A stretch of 64,000 bases of DNA from NCBI GenBank assembly GCA_028534125.1, contig CM052844.1, positions 868,001 to 932,000 on the forward strand. Reading direction: 5' to 3'. This DNA is from Lama glama (lineage: Eukaryota). Under the pieces are notes generated by a model that made no database searches, was not told the DNA's origin, and was given only the letters and a program-made list of their open reading frames with translations. Of this stretch, positions 62,706-64,000 are shown piece by piece. Both the position numbers and the translations under genes were made by a program. How positions within the stretch are numbered: the first letter of the stretch is position 1; each line of letters begins with the position of its first letter.

Positions 62706-64000
62706 AGATTTCTCCTGGTCCCTGGAGAGAGGGTGCTCGGTTTCCCAGCCCCGCCATCTCTTCGCGTGGAGGTCACTGTCTCCTGACCCGTGAGACCGGG
62801 GACGGGCAGTCAGCCTGACCGAGTTCTCCCTCACAGCATCAGATTTTAATTTCAGAGTGGGAAAGAAGATGTTTTCAAACAAGCTATAAGTAGACAGTTG
62901 GAGAATTTGGTGGAAATAGGGGAAAAAACGTTAAATGTTAAAAGGATGTTATTTGGGAGAACAATGAGTAATTGGATGCATTCAGCGAACCAAAAGGCTA
63001 TATGAGTATTTTATTACTTAAATAATATAATTACATAAATCAAAGCACTAATTTGGTTGGGACAATGCACATTCAAAAGGGAATGGGAGATGGTTCTTTT
63101 CTCAGAACTGCTCTCAAAATACTGGTAGAAAAAATGAAAGAATATCTAGCCATGCATCTGAGCCACCGTGGTAGCCCCCCTCCCAGCTCTAGTAGAAACT
63201 GTCTCATCAGTGTCAGCGTTTTCGTAATTTCTAATCTGTAGTTAACAAGTACATAACGAGTCTATACGGAGCTTTTTGAAGCATACTCTTGTCTAGTTGC
63301 CTAATTTTTATAAAAATCCAACAGACATTAAAACAGGCAAACTTGAGGTGGTAACACCAATATTCAAACTTCTACTGCAGTCTTGAAGCCAGGCCATCAT
63401 GTACATAGTCAAGGCTGTGTCTCTTGATTTGACTTCATAACAGAGCACGTGATAAAACATAACTTTCATTGCAGACTATTATATGTGTCTTAAGAGAAAA
63501 TCTATCCAAATGAATACTTCACTGTATTGCGATTCTTTTTTCTTTGAGAGGATTCATTTGGACACAGATTTTTAAAGCTCGGAAATGAGGAGTTTAGGAT
63601 AAAAGGAAAATCAGAAGAAAAGAACAGAAAGAAGCGGGGAAGGGAGGCAGGGGAGAGGGATAGAAAGGAAAAGCGAAGAAAGCAGACAGAACTGAATCTG
63701 TCCTGAGTGCAGCTGGGCGTGTCTGCTTGACTTAAATGACCTGAGAGGTCTCAAAAACAGATCGGAAAAGCTAATTACTTTTTTTTCTAAATCATATGAA
63801 GAAAAAGTGATTAAGCGGGTCAGATTTCCTTGTAGCCATCTCTGAGACAGTATAAAAAAATCTCTCAAAAGTTTGCAAACTTGCCAGGCGGCTTCACGAA
63901 GGCTGTCATCCTGGCAATGTCCTTTTCCGTAGTGTTCAGTCACTCAGATCACCTTTTCCGTACTTGCCCGTTATTTTGGAAGAACATCACAGATAACAAA

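Noticed and set aside
1-64000. Assigning a gene symbol (e.g. PDE10A region) to the window
   Set aside because: No coding exon of a known gene is recognisable; the resemblance is architectural and from memory only.

Overview
This is mammalian non-coding DNA, not prokaryotic. Four copies of a tRNA-derived SINE matching the camelid Vic-1 type (GGGGAGGGTATAGCTCAG...CCTGGGTTCAATCCCC...AAACCTAATTACCTCCCC) point to Camelidae (camel, alpaca or vicuna). The window is GC- and CpG-rich, resembling a subtelomeric, high-recombination region, and contains three assembly gaps. No multi-exon protein-coding gene can be recognised, and the long ORFs in the track look like GC-driven or repeat-derived artefacts. 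Supported content: two CpG islands (~15.4-16.1 kb and ~37.8-38.5 kb), each followed by a plus-strand first-exon-like splice donor; a few isolated candidate exons; young and ancient L1 fragments; L2 and MIR elements; MaLR, MLT2 and MER21 LTR pieces; minisatellites; a ~220-bp ancient palindromic element resembling MER121; and several motif-dense candidate enhancers. The most likely reading is the upstream, alternative-promoter or first-intron region of a large gene or lncRNA locus. I did not find a convincing novel biological system. The best leads are regulatory (MER121-like palindrome, Hox/Cdx motif cluster, two candidate alternative first exons) and evolutionary (strong AT-to-GC rewriting of dead repeats, an apparent micro-inversion in an LTR, and a young L1 hidden in a gap). 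Repeat family names come from my recall of consensus sequences, not from a database search.
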